In this document: positions 8,176-19,116 of the stretch, one piece after another | Position numbering within the stretch: position 1 is the first letter of the stretch | How the letters are laid out: the number at the start of each line of letters is the position of its first letter | Virus record (IMG/VR): IMGVR_UViG_3300005095_000179 | Coordinates: 13,138-77,137 of that record | Reading direction: 5' to 3' (one strand) | Source of the DNA: a virus | Length of the DNA stretch: 64,000 bases | Position numbers and translations under genes: made by a program | Notes under the pieces: generated by a model | Databases searched by the model: none | Told to the model about the DNA's origin: nothing | The model's input: only the letters and a program-made list of their open reading frames with translations

Positions 8176-9777
8176 CTATCCTCTTGTATAATATACTCTA
8201 TTTAATTGAAGGCTGATCCAATCACCCTCATTCAGAGTGATGTTGTCTAAGAACTTAATAGCTTTCTTATTAAGCGTAACTATTTCTTCGTACTTAGTTT
8301 TCCTTACTAGAATCCCGCCTATGTACACACCAGAAATATTTGCTCTGACATCATCCCAAGGAATGTCACTAATATAAATCCTAGTTGTGGGATTAACTAC
8401 ATCTAAGTCCAAGAACCAATTCTCTAAAGTTAGTCTATCCGTAACAAATTCAGAAGTTGCTAAAGAGTCCTTATTATCATATACTTCAGTGGTACTTAGT
8501 TCAGGTGCTCTAACGATTCCACTCAGGTCAACTTCCAATCCATTTCTTCTATTATAAGAATTATCTCCTATTCCGACCTCTAGTACAACGCCAGATTTAC
8601 CTATGTTGTATTGCCCTAAAGCGGTACTATTATCAGAAACAGAAAGAGTACCAAGACCAACAGCCATAGAGTTAGTACCACTAGCTATTGTTCCAGCACC
8701 TTGTGAATGAGAGTTATCTCCAGTGGCTTGAGTCCCGTATCCTTCTGCGTGAGAGGTTACGCCAGAGGCAACATTATCTTTACCTTCAGAGTGAGAATAT
8801 GAGCCACTAGACTCATTATTATATCCTTCAGCGTGAGAAGCTAATCCAGTCGCATGTGTTCCTATACCTGAAGCTTCAGAAGCTTCCCCACTTGAAACTG
8901 TATCCTTCCCTGATGCTGAACTTGATTCCCCGTTTGCTAAAGTTCTAAACCCGAATGAAGTGCTATAATTAGAAGTCGCTTTTGTATAGCTACCAAAAGC
9001 AGTACTCCCTTCTCCACTTGCTTCATTACTAATCCCTAGTGTGTTAGAGAAATCTCCGCTTGATAAGTTATAAAACCCAGTGCTAAAAGAATTAATGCCA
9101 CTTGACTCACTATGTGAACCGAATGAAACAGAAAAATCTCCGCTTGAGATACTACCTTCTCCAAATGCGAATGAGTTATCTCCACTTGCTACAGACCCCT
9201 TTCCTTCAGCGTGTGAATTTTTACCTACAGAAAGACCACCGCCTATTGCTAGTGAATTCTCTCCTTCTGAGATACTACCTTCTCCGAAAGAGAAAGAATT
9301 CTTCCCTGATGCTTTAGAACTTGTCCCGCCAGCAAAAGAAGCTTCACCAGAAGCAATAGAGCTATTACCAATTGCTTCTGAATATTCTCCTGAAGCTAAG
9401 GTCTTATACCCAAATGCTTGAGAATAGTTCCCCTCTGCTGAAGCCCAAAAACCACAAGATAAAGTATTGGAACCTTCTGAACTCGTGTCTAAACCAAATG
9501 AAACAGAATAATCACCAGAAGCTCCTCCACCGAACCTATTAAGTGAAGTACCGAAATCTAGTGAATTCTTACCGACTTTAGCTTTACCAAAGTTCTTATT
9601 GTAATCCCTAATTTCAATCCCTTCATCTTTCTCTAGGAACTGGGCCAAATACCTTAATTCATTATAATACAGTAAAGCGTGTTTTGCGTACTCTTCTACA
9701 GTAACTATTTCCCTTGTACTTGGTGGTAAATCGGTTAAGTTCTGAAGAGTGTCTCTTCTATAAATTTTTATTGCCAT
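8176..9777 (-). CDS. long YadA-head-like (14-aa repeat) adhesin/fibre protein
   Basis: About 20 repeats of type ASGxxSxAxGxxxx. Confidence 0.75.
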   Translation of the reverse strand: MAIKIYRRDTLQNLTDLPPSTREIVTVEEYAKHALLYYNELRYLAQFLEKDEGIEIRDYNKNFGKAKVGKNSLDFGTSLNRFGGGASGDYSVSFGLDTSSEGSNTLSCGFWASAEGNYSQAFGYKTLASGEYSEAIGNSSIASGEASFAGGTSSKASGKNSFSFGEGSISEGENSLAIGGGLSVGKNSHAEGKGSVASGDNSFAFGEGSISSGDFSVSFGSHSESSGINSFSTGFYNLSSGDFSNTLGISNEASGEGSTAFGSYTKATSNYSTSFGFRTLANGESSSASGKDTVSSGEASEASGIGTHATGLASHAEGYNNESSGSYSHSEGKDNVASGVTSHAEGYGTQATGDNSHSQGAGTIASGTNSMAVGLGTLSVSDNSTALGQYNIGKSGVVLEVGIGDNSYNRRNGLEVDLSGIVRAPELSTTEVYDNKDSLATSEFVTDRLTLENWFLDLDVVNPTTRIYISDIPWDDVRANISGVYIGGILVRKTKYEEIVTLNKKAIKFLDNITLNEGDWISLQLNRVYYTRG

Positions 9778-9807
9778 AAGCTCACCTTATCTAACTTTTT
9801 AACGAAA

Positions 9808-10965
9808 TCAACATTCTGGTTCAATGTTTCCGTCAGCTAACATCTCGTTACCGTTAATGTAATAGATATTCCCATCATATGCTTCCCAAGCAACACAAGT
9901 TCCTAATAGATAGATAGCATAAAGTTTATCTTCCATAGACATTTGTTGGTCATTTACTGCTGCGAAGTACGCTCTATAAGTTTCTTTTATATATCTCATT
10001 TCTTCAGTAGGGATAGATAATAACCTATTAATATCTAAGAAGTAATTGAAATTGTTCCCGTCCCAAATCAATGATTTTATATCAAAAGGGAATTGAATAT
10101 CAGTCCTTAGTGTTTTAGAGTTGTCATCTTCTTCAATCGTACTAAGTTCTAATATAGCTAAGAGTCTTTCAAATCTCATATACCACTGGTTGATTTCATC
10201 TTCATTATGTGCTGGTAAACCACCTTCTGGATTAAACATATCTAAATCCATAAGAGTTTGGACTCTTTTTCTATTTAAAATTAAAGTTCCAACCAAAGTG
10301 TCGTGGATGTACAAATCAGCATGTGTGTCGTGTGAAAAATATTGTAATTGATTATTGCCGCCTAAAGTACCAGCCATATGAGGATTGTTCTCATCCCAAC
10401 TTGGATTACCCTCTGCGTCTCTTACGAGTTGTTTCGTTCTATACTTGAAATCTACTCCAGGAAAGAATTGTGTATTAAACAAGAACTTAGAGTAATGAAC
10501 ACAATTCCCTTCTGAGTTCACCCAAATAGCGTACTTATATTCTTGATCTCTGATGACTTCTGTCATAATAGCACTCAACTTAAATGCTTCTCCAGAGTCA
10601 ATGTTCAACCAAGCATCGCCTATTTGCCATCCAACTAAATCTTCTTGTGTTGGATTTCTATGTCTGATTTTAGGTAGTCTTTGAATTTGGTCTATCTTAT
10701 TCCATACATTTGCCTCAGCATCATATCTATAAATAGAACCGTCTTTAGTATAAAGAGCAACCTCATCATCTTCTCCAACAGTATTATTCATTTCTGTTTC
10801 GGTGATGAAGTATCTATCAATCCTTAACCCGTAAAGGAAATCAATCGTACCAGAGAATTCTGCGTCAAGCGTTTTGAAGAATTCTATCAGTAAATCATAA
10901 CTTACATCAAAGTTGTCTTCCTTAGAAGGGAAGACCCACTTTCTAAATTTACTAGCAAAGCTCAT
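9808..10965 (-). CDS. tail-associated protein
   Basis: N-terminus WVFPSKEDNFD resembles YVFPLKDEDL of the neighbouring gene; GWQIGDAWLN fibre motif. Confidence 0.5.
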   Translation of the reverse strand: MSFASKFRKWVFPSKEDNFDVSYDLLIEFFKTLDAEFSGTIDFLYGLRIDRYFITETEMNNTVGEDDEVALYTKDGSIYRYDAEANVWNKIDQIQRLPKIRHRNPTQEDLVGWQIGDAWLNIDSGEAFKLSAIMTEVIRDQEYKYAIWVNSEGNCVHYSKFLFNTQFFPGVDFKYRTKQLVRDAEGNPSWDENNPHMAGTLGGNNQLQYFSHDTHADLYIHDTLVGTLILNRKRVQTLMDLDMFNPEGGLPAHNEDEINQWYMRFERLLAILELSTIEEDDNSKTLRTDIQFPFDIKSLIWDGNNFNYFLDINRLLSIPTEEMRYIKETYRAYFAAVNDQQMSMEDKLYAIYLLGTCVAWEAYDGNIYYINGNEMLADGNIEPEC

Positions 10966-10974
10966 CTCAATTCC

Positions 10975-11979
10975 TTACGCAAAGTCTAATTCAAATGTAC
11001 AAAGGATATCTGTTCCAAATACTACAAAATCAATTTTATCCACCGCATCTGCTGCCGTAGATAACGTCGGAGCTGTTCCACCAGGAAACTTAAACTCAGA
11101 GCCAAATGAAGCCACTCTACTTCCCGTAGAGTCCTGTTTAATAATCAAAGAACCCCTTAACCCATCTACAAGGTTAGAACCAGTAAAATTAGCGTCTGAA
11201 GTAAGAACCACATTAAAGACCTCTGATGTAGAAAGGTCTAAATTAATATCTGTCCCTGAAGTTAGAGCAGAATTAGAGTTGATACTAACTTTGTCAGTGA
11301 TACCGAACCCAGACAATGTTGTTGGAAGACTTGAGAAATTATCCCAATCTAAGTAATAAGCTCCGTCTTCTCCGTCTAATAAATCAGCGTCTAGTCCACT
11401 CCCACTCCCGTCTTCGTTCTTCACTTTATTCAAGACATCTTCATCTGTATAAGAAGAAAGTGGAACATAGTCACTCATATCTCCAGAAACAGCGTCAATT
11501 TCGTTCTTGATTTTAGTAGAAGACCAAATAATGTTTGTTCCTAACCCGTTGTCATCTCTTTCAGACCAATGGATGTAATCCCCTTCAGTGAAATCTGTTA
11601 AGTCAGATTTCGTTATATTAGCACCAGAAGTTACTCTCCCTTTAGAGTCAACGGTTACTTTAGTCCAAACCCCTGGATTAGACATCACTTCTGTCAATAA
11701 AAGTTTAGTCTTCTCATTAGGATCAGTATTAACGTCACCGTTAGAGTATGTACCATATATGTCTAAGTTATTATCGTACTCAGTAATAGCATCAGAAACC
11801 TTTTGGTCTACTTCATCAGAAGTGTAAACTTCTTCAGCGTTAGCCTTTTCTGTAAAAAGTTGATTGATGTCTCTGTCAATTGCTTCTGTGGTAATTCTCA
11901 AAAGATTATTCGAAGACTCAAGGTCTTCGTCTTTTAGAGGGAACACATAGTTCCTATATTGTGTGTTTATAGTTGACAT
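10975..11979 (-). CDS. tail-fibre protein
   Basis: KVTVDSKGRVTSG, WSSTKI and DGSGSGLDADLLDG are recurrent fibre motifs. Confidence 0.75.
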   Translation of the reverse strand: MSTINTQYRNYVFPLKDEDLESSNNLLRITTEAIDRDINQLFTEKANAEEVYTSDEVDQKVSDAITEYDNNLDIYGTYSNGDVNTDPNEKTKLLLTEVMSNPGVWTKVTVDSKGRVTSGANITKSDLTDFTEGDYIHWSERDDNGLGTNIIWSSTKIKNEIDAVSGDMSDYVPLSSYTDEDVLNKVKNEDGSGSGLDADLLDGEDGAYYLDWDNFSSLPTTLSGFGITDKVSINSNSALTSGTDINLDLSTSEVFNVVLTSDANFTGSNLVDGLRGSLIIKQDSTGSRVASFGSEFKFPGGTAPTLSTAADAVDKIDFVVFGTDILCTFELDFA

Positions 11980-11989
11980 TTATCCTCTC

Positions 11990-14900
11990 CTATATCTTTT
12001 GAGTATTTAGTCTCAAGTTAGAAACAACTGGTCTAACAGCATCATTCGGTGTAGACATAATCAACTTAACTCTAGCTAAATCTTGAGAAGCAGGAATTAC
12101 TGGAGTTCCTCCGCTTTGTAACTCAAATGTGTATCTAGTTTCTACCCAATCATTCCCTAACGGAGTTGATGTTGGGTCAATAGTCATATCTAACCAATCA
12201 TAGTCTCCAGTACTTTCATTCAGTACTTGAAGTTGAGCAGCAATAGAAGTACCGCTTGGTTTATAGTTATCAATGTAAAGTACTACTCTCTCATCATTTC
12301 TATCAATAGGGAATCCTAAAGTAGTGTAAGTTGATGTCCTATGAGAATACCCCAAAGACAACTGAATGTTAGGGTCAAGTACAGGAGTATAAAGTCCATT
12401 TGACTTAAACACTGCCGTTACTCTAACTCTTCCAGTGTACCCTTCATCAAGAGGGAACTGAGAATAAGAGTTTACTAAGAATACATTATCTAGAGAAGCA
12501 CTCTCTGGTCTGTCAAGTAGTTCAACTCTATACTGGATTGAAGTACCCTCGTACACCTTAGCATTTGCTAATACCATCATATCAGTAATACCATTAGGGT
12601 AATCACTTGAAGTAATGGCGAAGATGTCATAAGGGACTTCATATTCTCTTACGAAATCACACCCATGAATCCAGAACCTCATATCTTCTTTTTGAAGTGG
12701 AGTCCAAGCACTGTTGTTAGAACTGTTGTAAAGAGTACCAACAGAATACGCTTGTCCTGTCAACCAAATACTTGGTAAATCCCAAGTTTTTCCACCCAAT
12801 TCTGCGACTTGAACTCTACCAACAGCATCTTTACAGATGATAATAAATGCGTATTCCTTACCTTTAGTAAGAACAATCTTATTATCAAAGATAAATGGTT
12901 GGATACTTCCTCTTGGCTCTAATTCACTAGGTGAAAGAGTCTTACTGATAAGTGCTTTGTTTTTATCAGGGAAACCTGCTGATGTTTCACAAAGAACACA
13001 AGATACGTCTGTTGTTGGTAATGTATGGAACACGACTGAAATTCTATCAATGGCAATTGTCTCTTTAATTACAAAAGACTGAGCTACTGGGTCAGCTTCT
13101 CTCCATATGATTCCTTGTCTTCTTACTACCCATCTCCACCAGTTCGTTACAGTTGTCTGTACTGTTCTTGAAAGTGGTTCAGCTCTAAATAGAGTAGTAC
13201 CAGAAATTCCTGTCTGAGCACCGACTACTTTTACTTCTTTTGACCCACTTAATATCCCAGATGGAACAACAAATGTACTATTAAGAGTTCCTTTCTCGTC
13301 AACATTAACTGTTCTAGCTAGTTTATCATCAAAGTATATATTTACTGGCTCATTCCCATCAAACGCTTTATAATTCGATTTAATCTTAATAGTGATGCTA
13401 GGAATAATAGTTGGTTTCCTAGCGTGTTGGATACTTGATGATCTACTCACAGAAGTCCCGAGTAATTCTCTAGTAACACTCTTAGAAACAGTTTCTCTTT
13501 CTTGGACTGTATGCCACTTATGGGTTCCGAATACTTTATATCTTGTTGTCCAAGAGTTAATCCCTCTTGTAGCTACTTGTACTTGTTTAACAAAAGTCTT
13601 ATAAGATGTTTTACTCACCCATCTATAAACAGAAGGGTTAATGTAAATCTTTGCACCAGGAGGTGATTTGAACAAGTACTCGTTGATCAATCTTGTCTTT
13701 GTGACATGTGGTTGGCTTAGAATAGCTGTCGACCTTTTAACAGAAGGCATCTCAATGGTCATTTGCTCTTCTTTCATGTCAATGTCTGGGTCTAAGTTCA
13801 CATTTTCCCAGTCAATGTCCATAATCAAGTTCCCACCGATAGTCATGGCAGTATTGTCTAACCCAAGGTCTCTCATAGTATCATCTTCGAATGAGTCTAC
13901 AAACTGTCCTTGTAGCCTTGCTCCTGGTTGATTCTCAGCCAAGTTAGACTGAAGAGCGATTCTAGTTAAGTTATATTCATTTTGTTTAATACTATCTAGT
14001 AACAATTGGATGTCACTCATTTTAAACACTCTTTGTGAAGAAAGAGTAACTACTGGGTCAGCGTCTCCACTAAGAAGGATTTCAGCAATCTTTAGCGTCA
14101 AGTCTGGGTCAGTGTCAGGAACTCTTGGGTCATTTTCATCAGGCACACCTTTTACGAATCCAATCTTCCCAGTTGCGTCTATGAACATAGCGTCTATTCT
14201 CTGAAGGACAAAGTCATAATCATACTGAACATCAGTCCCATCAGCGAAACTAAACAAATACAATGACTTTAGGTCGTCAGAAATCTCACCCATAGTTTTC
14301 CCAGTTGCTGGGTCTACAGAGAAGTTTCCTTCTGTTTCAGTGTATTGATATTTGTAGTCTACATAATAGGTAGAAGAAGGAGATGGTTCATTTGCTCCGG
14401 CTACCCAAGTAACACTATCTCCAACAAGAACATAATCAGTACCTTGTATATAAACAGTACTTCCTTGGTAGATTTTATCTATACTTCTTACTGGCTGATA
14501 TTCATTCGGTAATTCATCTGAAGCACCAATGTAAGAACCGTGCTGTACTGGTTCACCCATTCTTTGTCTTTGACCAGAAACCCTAAACACCTTTCTTATT
14601 GGGAAGTGTCTTACAGGATAGAAATTATCACCAGAGTTGAATGAAATAGGTTCATCTTGTTTAAGCTCAAAGTCGATGAGTTGGTCTAAAACAATTTCTT
14701 GTGAAACGTCAATTTCAAAGTTATAGCCGTCCACGTTAGCACTACCGTCGGCAACAGAGAACTTAAATGGCCCAAGGTTAGAAGTATTTCCGTCTTCGTC
14801 TGGAACTCTCCCTATATATGCAGTTTCATACCCGTGTACAAGGTAGTTACCGTTAGCATTTCTATCGTATTTCGCAACAATGTTGATAACGTCTTGTCTG

Positions 14901-15526
14901 AATGTGTTGAAACCATCTGGGTCAGAACCTTCTTCTTTATGTCTGTTAAAGATTTCACCAGCAATGATATCATACTGAGGAAGGAAGGCATTATTACCAA
15001 GTTCGTTATACTCAGTAGAAATAATCATTCTACCAACCATCTTAAGCCTACCTGCTCCTGGTTGACCATAGTTCCTTGTCTCAACAGCAGGGTCAACTAA
15101 CGAGATATCTTCAGAGTTAGTGATTTCTTGCCAAGTGATTTCAGCACCGACGATGAAACTTGATTCAGGCACATACTGAGAAGGTTGAACGACAACACTT
15201 TCTTCTATTCTAACAAACTCTCCGTTAGCGAACATAATCGCTTCTTCGAATGTAGCAGTAATGTCATATAATTGTCTCCCTTCTGCGTCTGTTTCACCTT
15301 TATCTTCTAAAGTTACTTCAGACCTACCACCAGAAATAATTTCCCCATTTCTAAGAAATCTCCTAGCTAAAAAGTTCACGTCACGCTTGAATGTCTCTTG
15401 GATTTCGTTCATCTCAGCAGATTGGAGTGCGTCACCTGCTCTAAAAAGAAGTGATTTATAATCTTCAAATTGAGGATTATCATCATTGAAACGATTATAG
15501 TATCGTCCTAACTGTATATCTACCAT
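11990..15526 (-). CDS. DUF4815-like large baseplate/tail protein, paralog 1
   Basis: YYNRF..YKSLLFRAGDALQSAEMNEIQ N-terminus; DPVAQSF and SAWTPLQKEDMRF motifs. Confidence 0.8.
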   Translation of the reverse strand: MVDIQLGRYYNRFNDDNPQFEDYKSLLFRAGDALQSAEMNEIQETFKRDVNFLARRFLRNGEIISGGRSEVTLEDKGETDAEGRQLYDITATFEEAIMFANGEFVRIEESVVVQPSQYVPESSFIVGAEITWQEITNSEDISLVDPAVETRNYGQPGAGRLKMVGRMIISTEYNELGNNAFLPQYDIIAGEIFNRHKEEGSDPDGFNTFRQDVINIVAKYDRNANGNYLVHGYETAYIGRVPDEDGNTSNLGPFKFSVADGSANVDGYNFEIDVSQEIVLDQLIDFELKQDEPISFNSGDNFYPVRHFPIRKVFRVSGQRQRMGEPVQHGSYIGASDELPNEYQPVRSIDKIYQGSTVYIQGTDYVLVGDSVTWVAGANEPSPSSTYYVDYKYQYTETEGNFSVDPATGKTMGEISDDLKSLYLFSFADGTDVQYDYDFVLQRIDAMFIDATGKIGFVKGVPDENDPRVPDTDPDLTLKIAEILLSGDADPVVTLSSQRVFKMSDIQLLLDSIKQNEYNLTRIALQSNLAENQPGARLQGQFVDSFEDDTMRDLGLDNTAMTIGGNLIMDIDWENVNLDPDIDMKEEQMTIEMPSVKRSTAILSQPHVTKTRLINEYLFKSPPGAKIYINPSVYRWVSKTSYKTFVKQVQVATRGINSWTTRYKVFGTHKWHTVQERETVSKSVTRELLGTSVSRSSSIQHARKPTIIPSITIKIKSNYKAFDGNEPVNIYFDDKLARTVNVDEKGTLNSTFVVPSGILSGSKEVKVVGAQTGISGTTLFRAEPLSRTVQTTVTNWWRWVVRRQGIIWREADPVAQSFVIKETIAIDRISVVFHTLPTTDVSCVLCETSAGFPDKNKALISKTLSPSELEPRGSIQPFIFDNKIVLTKGKEYAFIIICKDAVGRVQVAELGGKTWDLPSIWLTGQAYSVGTLYNSSNNSAWTPLQKEDMRFWIHGCDFVREYEVPYDIFAITSSDYPNGITDMMVLANAKVYEGTSIQYRVELLDRPESASLDNVFLVNSYSQFPLDEGYTGRVRVTAVFKSNGLYTPVLDPNIQLSLGYSHRTSTYTTLGFPIDRNDERVVLYIDNYKPSGTSIAAQLQVLNESTGDYDWLDMTIDPTSTPLGNDWVETRYTFELQSGGTPVIPASQDLARVKLIMSTPNDAVRPVVSNLRLNTQKI

Positions 15527-15595
15527 TTTCTAATCCTTTATAGGGTGTTCCCTTTTCTTTTATTTACTTTTAAAATGATGTGTTTACGGGTAGGA

Positions 15596-18500
15596 TTAAA
15601 TCCTAACCGTGTTAAATCTTAAGTTTCCACATACTGGTCTATCAAAGTCATTAGTTGTTTCCATTACTATCATAACTCTGGTAAGTTTTTGATCTACATC
15701 AATAACTGGGTTCCCATTATCTTGTAGAGAATACTTGAACACTAACTCATCCCAACCATCTCCAAGTGGGGTAGTTTCATTGGTTCTAGGGATGTAATCC
15801 CAACTAACGACCTTTGTGGATGGGTCGACTACTTGAAGATAAGTTTTGATACTTGTCCCTGAAGGCTCATAAGCATCCAATCTAACCTCAACAGAAGCAT
15901 CATGGTAATCAATGTCAATTCCAACTGATGTGTATTTAGAAACTTTCTTAGAGGTACCAACAGCTAGTTGAGCATCAACGTCAAGTACAGGAGACTTTAA
16001 TCCATTTGATGTCACTGAAGCACTTACTCTAATCGCACCTGAATATGACTCTACTAAAGGAATTTGGTCGTATGGAGTTACTTTAAACTCTGAAGGAACA
16101 GTAGTAGTTCCAGTTCTATCCAATAGTTCTATTTTATACTCAATAGAAGTCCCCTCATACACCTTAGCATTCGTGTTAAGAATCAAATCGGTAGCGTCAT
16201 TCACTTGTACTGTCTTATATTCGAACACTTCTTGAGTATCGAATGAACAACTATACAACCAGAATCTCATATCTTCTTTTTGATGAGGTGTCCAAGCACT
16301 ATTGTTCGCACTTGAGAACAATACTCCAGTCTGATAAGCTGGGTCAGATAACCAAATATTAGGAGTGTCGATTGTCTTTTCACCTAATTCAGCTACTTGA
16401 AGTTCAGCAACTGGGTCTGAGTTTACGATTATGAATGCGTATTCTTTCATTCCTGTTAATAGAACTTTCTCATCAAATACGAACGCTTGTCTTTGTCCAG
16501 CTGGAACTAAGTCATTAACACTGATTTCTTTGGAAGCAAGTGTCTTAGTCTTATCAGGCATACCAGCAGTTGTTTCTGTTAAGATACAAGTAACGTCAGT
16601 CTCAGAAGCAACATCAAATACAACTTCTATCTTATCTAGTACAGTATCATTACCTAAAGAAAACGTCTGAGCAAGTGGATCTCTGTTAATCGGTCTTCTT
16701 GCACTCGTTTTTGTGATAGTCCAATTTCTTCTAGTGTGCCATCTCCACCATTTTGTGACAGTTGTGGTGATAATTCTACTAAGTGGTTCTGCTTGGAATA
16801 AAGTTTCGCCTTGTACATCAGAATCTCTCCCTACAACCTCAATAAGTTTAGAACCGCTCATCATATTATTAGGAACAGTTATTGTCCCACTAATTGTACC
16901 GACACTATTCGCTTGAAGAGAACCACAAGATACGCCATCCATAGTAATATCTACAGTTTCGTTAGAGTTAAATGCTCCGTCATTGGACTTAATCTTAATT
17001 GGTATATTAGGAATGATGGAAGGAGTCCTTTGAGAAACAATTTTCTTAGATGTACTTTTCGTACTTCCCATAGACTCTTTAGTCGTACTTGAACTAACGG
17101 AAACAGAAGTCCCGACTTTATTCAATTCCCACCAATTAACCCACTTAAAGACTTTTTTAGTTCTAGTAGAAACTCTTGAACTACCTTGAGCAGTCCTGAA
17201 ATAGTTTCTATATATAGTTTTATCTACCCATCTATACACAGAAGGAGAAATTCTAATCTTAGCCTTTGGTGCATGAGAGAACAAATAACTATTAACCTTT
17301 CTTGTCTTTGTATAATGTGGTTGAGACAAAATAGGAGTTCCATTAGGGATAGTTCCTAAGCTGAAAGTATATTGGTCATCTCTAACATCAACATTAGGCT
17401 CTAGATGAAGCGTAATCCAGTCAATGTCCATAACCAAGTTACCATCAATAGTAAGAGCAGTATTCTCATAACCAGAATCTCTATAATCATCATTGATGAA
17501 ATTATCAACAAACACCCCTCTAAAAGATGCTCCTGGTTGTTTTCTAATCATATCGATTTCTAACGCTAATCTTCCTACATTGTATTGGTTATCTTTAATA
17601 CCATCTAGAAGCAACTGAATGTCGCTCATTTTAAAGGTTCTGTTTGTGTCCATAGTTACCACTGGGTCAGAATCCGCACTCAGTAGAACCTCAGCTATCT
17701 TAAGAGTTTTGTCTTTATCATTATCAGGACAAGATGGTACGTCTTCAGAAGGAGTCCCCTTAACATAGTCAAGTTCCCCGTTAGAGTTAATGACAATAGC
17801 ATCTACTCTCTTCAGTACAAAGTCGTAGTCATACTGAACTAAATCTCCAGAATTAAACCCTTGAAGATAAATTTTAGACTTATCTTGTGAGATGTCACCG
17901 TTGGTAGCGTTTCCGTCTGATGTAAATCCACCTTCTGATTCAGTGTATTGATACTTGAAATCTACATAGTAAGTCGAGTTAGCAGCAGGCTCATTACCGC
18001 CAGTCAACCAATTCACACTATCATCAACTAAAGAGTAATCTACTCCTTGAATGAATGTGGTTCCACCTTGATATACCTTAGATATAGAAATTACTGGTTG
18101 ATATTGAGAAGGAAGTTCATCAGCTGCTCCACTATAAGAACCGTGTGTAACTGCAAGCCCTTCCATCACTTTTGGGCCAGTAACTCTAAATACCTTTCTG
18201 ATAGGAGAATGTCTAACGCTATACCATCCAGCACCATTAAAAGTAATAGGTTCGTTCTGTTTCAACTCAAAGTCTATTAATTCAGCTAGTTGCATATATC
18301 TTGAGTGGTCAACTTCATAATTGTACCCATCAACATTAGAAGAACCATTAGCTACAGAGAACCAAAATGGTCCAAGGTTAGTCCCAAGTGTTCCGTCATA
18401 AGGATTAGTTATCCCAATATAACTTACTTCGTGTCCAAACAGTAAGTAGTTACCATTTGAATTTCTGTCGTACTTAGCGACTATATCAGTTACTTCTTGT

Positions 18501-19105
18501 CTATATTGTTCAAAACCTTCGTCTTCGTGAACTTCAGGCGTAACTATTTCTCCATTTTCTACAGAGAATAAAGGGAAATACTCGGTGTCAGATGAATCTT
18601 CATAAGTACTTTCTTCTATAATAGTTCCAGTTATCTTTAATCTTCCAGCACCAGCTCTTCCGTAGTTTCTAGTTTCTAATGCTGGGTCTAATAAAGTACT
18701 ATCTTCTTCTTGAGTCACCTCTTGGTATTGAATCTTGGCACCAATCTTAAACTCTGATGCACCTGCGTCAATGTCTTGATTTAACACTTGAAATAAAGAA
18801 GCATCAATTCTGACAAATTCACCATTGATAAACATCACTCCTTCAGTAGAACTTACATCTACTGTGTAAAGACCAGAAGTTAAATCCTTAGTGATTTCAG
18901 TGTTAATTTCTACTCCAGTAACAATTCCACCGTTCGGAACAAACCTCTTAGTAAGGTCTCCGAAACTTCTCTTCAAGTGAGTCTGGAGTTCATTCACCTC
19001 AGCTGATTGAAGAGAATCTCCTGCTCTGAAAAGTACTTCTTTATAGTCTTTATGAGAAGGAAGTCCTGTTCTGTTGTAGTATCTATCTAGTGAGATATCG
19101 TACAT
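15596..19105 (-). CDS. DUF4815-like large baseplate/tail protein, paralog 2
   Basis: Colinear with 11990..15526 along its whole length. Confidence 0.8.
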   Translation of the reverse strand: MYDISLDRYYNRTGLPSHKDYKEVLFRAGDSLQSAEVNELQTHLKRSFGDLTKRFVPNGGIVTGVEINTEITKDLTSGLYTVDVSSTEGVMFINGEFVRIDASLFQVLNQDIDAGASEFKIGAKIQYQEVTQEEDSTLLDPALETRNYGRAGAGRLKITGTIIEESTYEDSSDTEYFPLFSVENGEIVTPEVHEDEGFEQYRQEVTDIVAKYDRNSNGNYLLFGHEVSYIGITNPYDGTLGTNLGPFWFSVANGSSNVDGYNYEVDHSRYMQLAELIDFELKQNEPITFNGAGWYSVRHSPIRKVFRVTGPKVMEGLAVTHGSYSGAADELPSQYQPVISISKVYQGGTTFIQGVDYSLVDDSVNWLTGGNEPAANSTYYVDFKYQYTESEGGFTSDGNATNGDISQDKSKIYLQGFNSGDLVQYDYDFVLKRVDAIVINSNGELDYVKGTPSEDVPSCPDNDKDKTLKIAEVLLSADSDPVVTMDTNRTFKMSDIQLLLDGIKDNQYNVGRLALEIDMIRKQPGASFRGVFVDNFINDDYRDSGYENTALTIDGNLVMDIDWITLHLEPNVDVRDDQYTFSLGTIPNGTPILSQPHYTKTRKVNSYLFSHAPKAKIRISPSVYRWVDKTIYRNYFRTAQGSSRVSTRTKKVFKWVNWWELNKVGTSVSVSSSTTKESMGSTKSTSKKIVSQRTPSIIPNIPIKIKSNDGAFNSNETVDITMDGVSCGSLQANSVGTISGTITVPNNMMSGSKLIEVVGRDSDVQGETLFQAEPLSRIITTTVTKWWRWHTRRNWTITKTSARRPINRDPLAQTFSLGNDTVLDKIEVVFDVASETDVTCILTETTAGMPDKTKTLASKEISVNDLVPAGQRQAFVFDEKVLLTGMKEYAFIIVNSDPVAELQVAELGEKTIDTPNIWLSDPAYQTGVLFSSANNSAWTPHQKEDMRFWLYSCSFDTQEVFEYKTVQVNDATDLILNTNAKVYEGTSIEYKIELLDRTGTTTVPSEFKVTPYDQIPLVESYSGAIRVSASVTSNGLKSPVLDVDAQLAVGTSKKVSKYTSVGIDIDYHDASVEVRLDAYEPSGTSIKTYLQVVDPSTKVVSWDYIPRTNETTPLGDGWDELVFKYSLQDNGNPVIDVDQKLTRVMIVMETTNDFDRPVCGNLRFNTVRI

Positions 19106-19116
19106 ACTTAGTCTCC

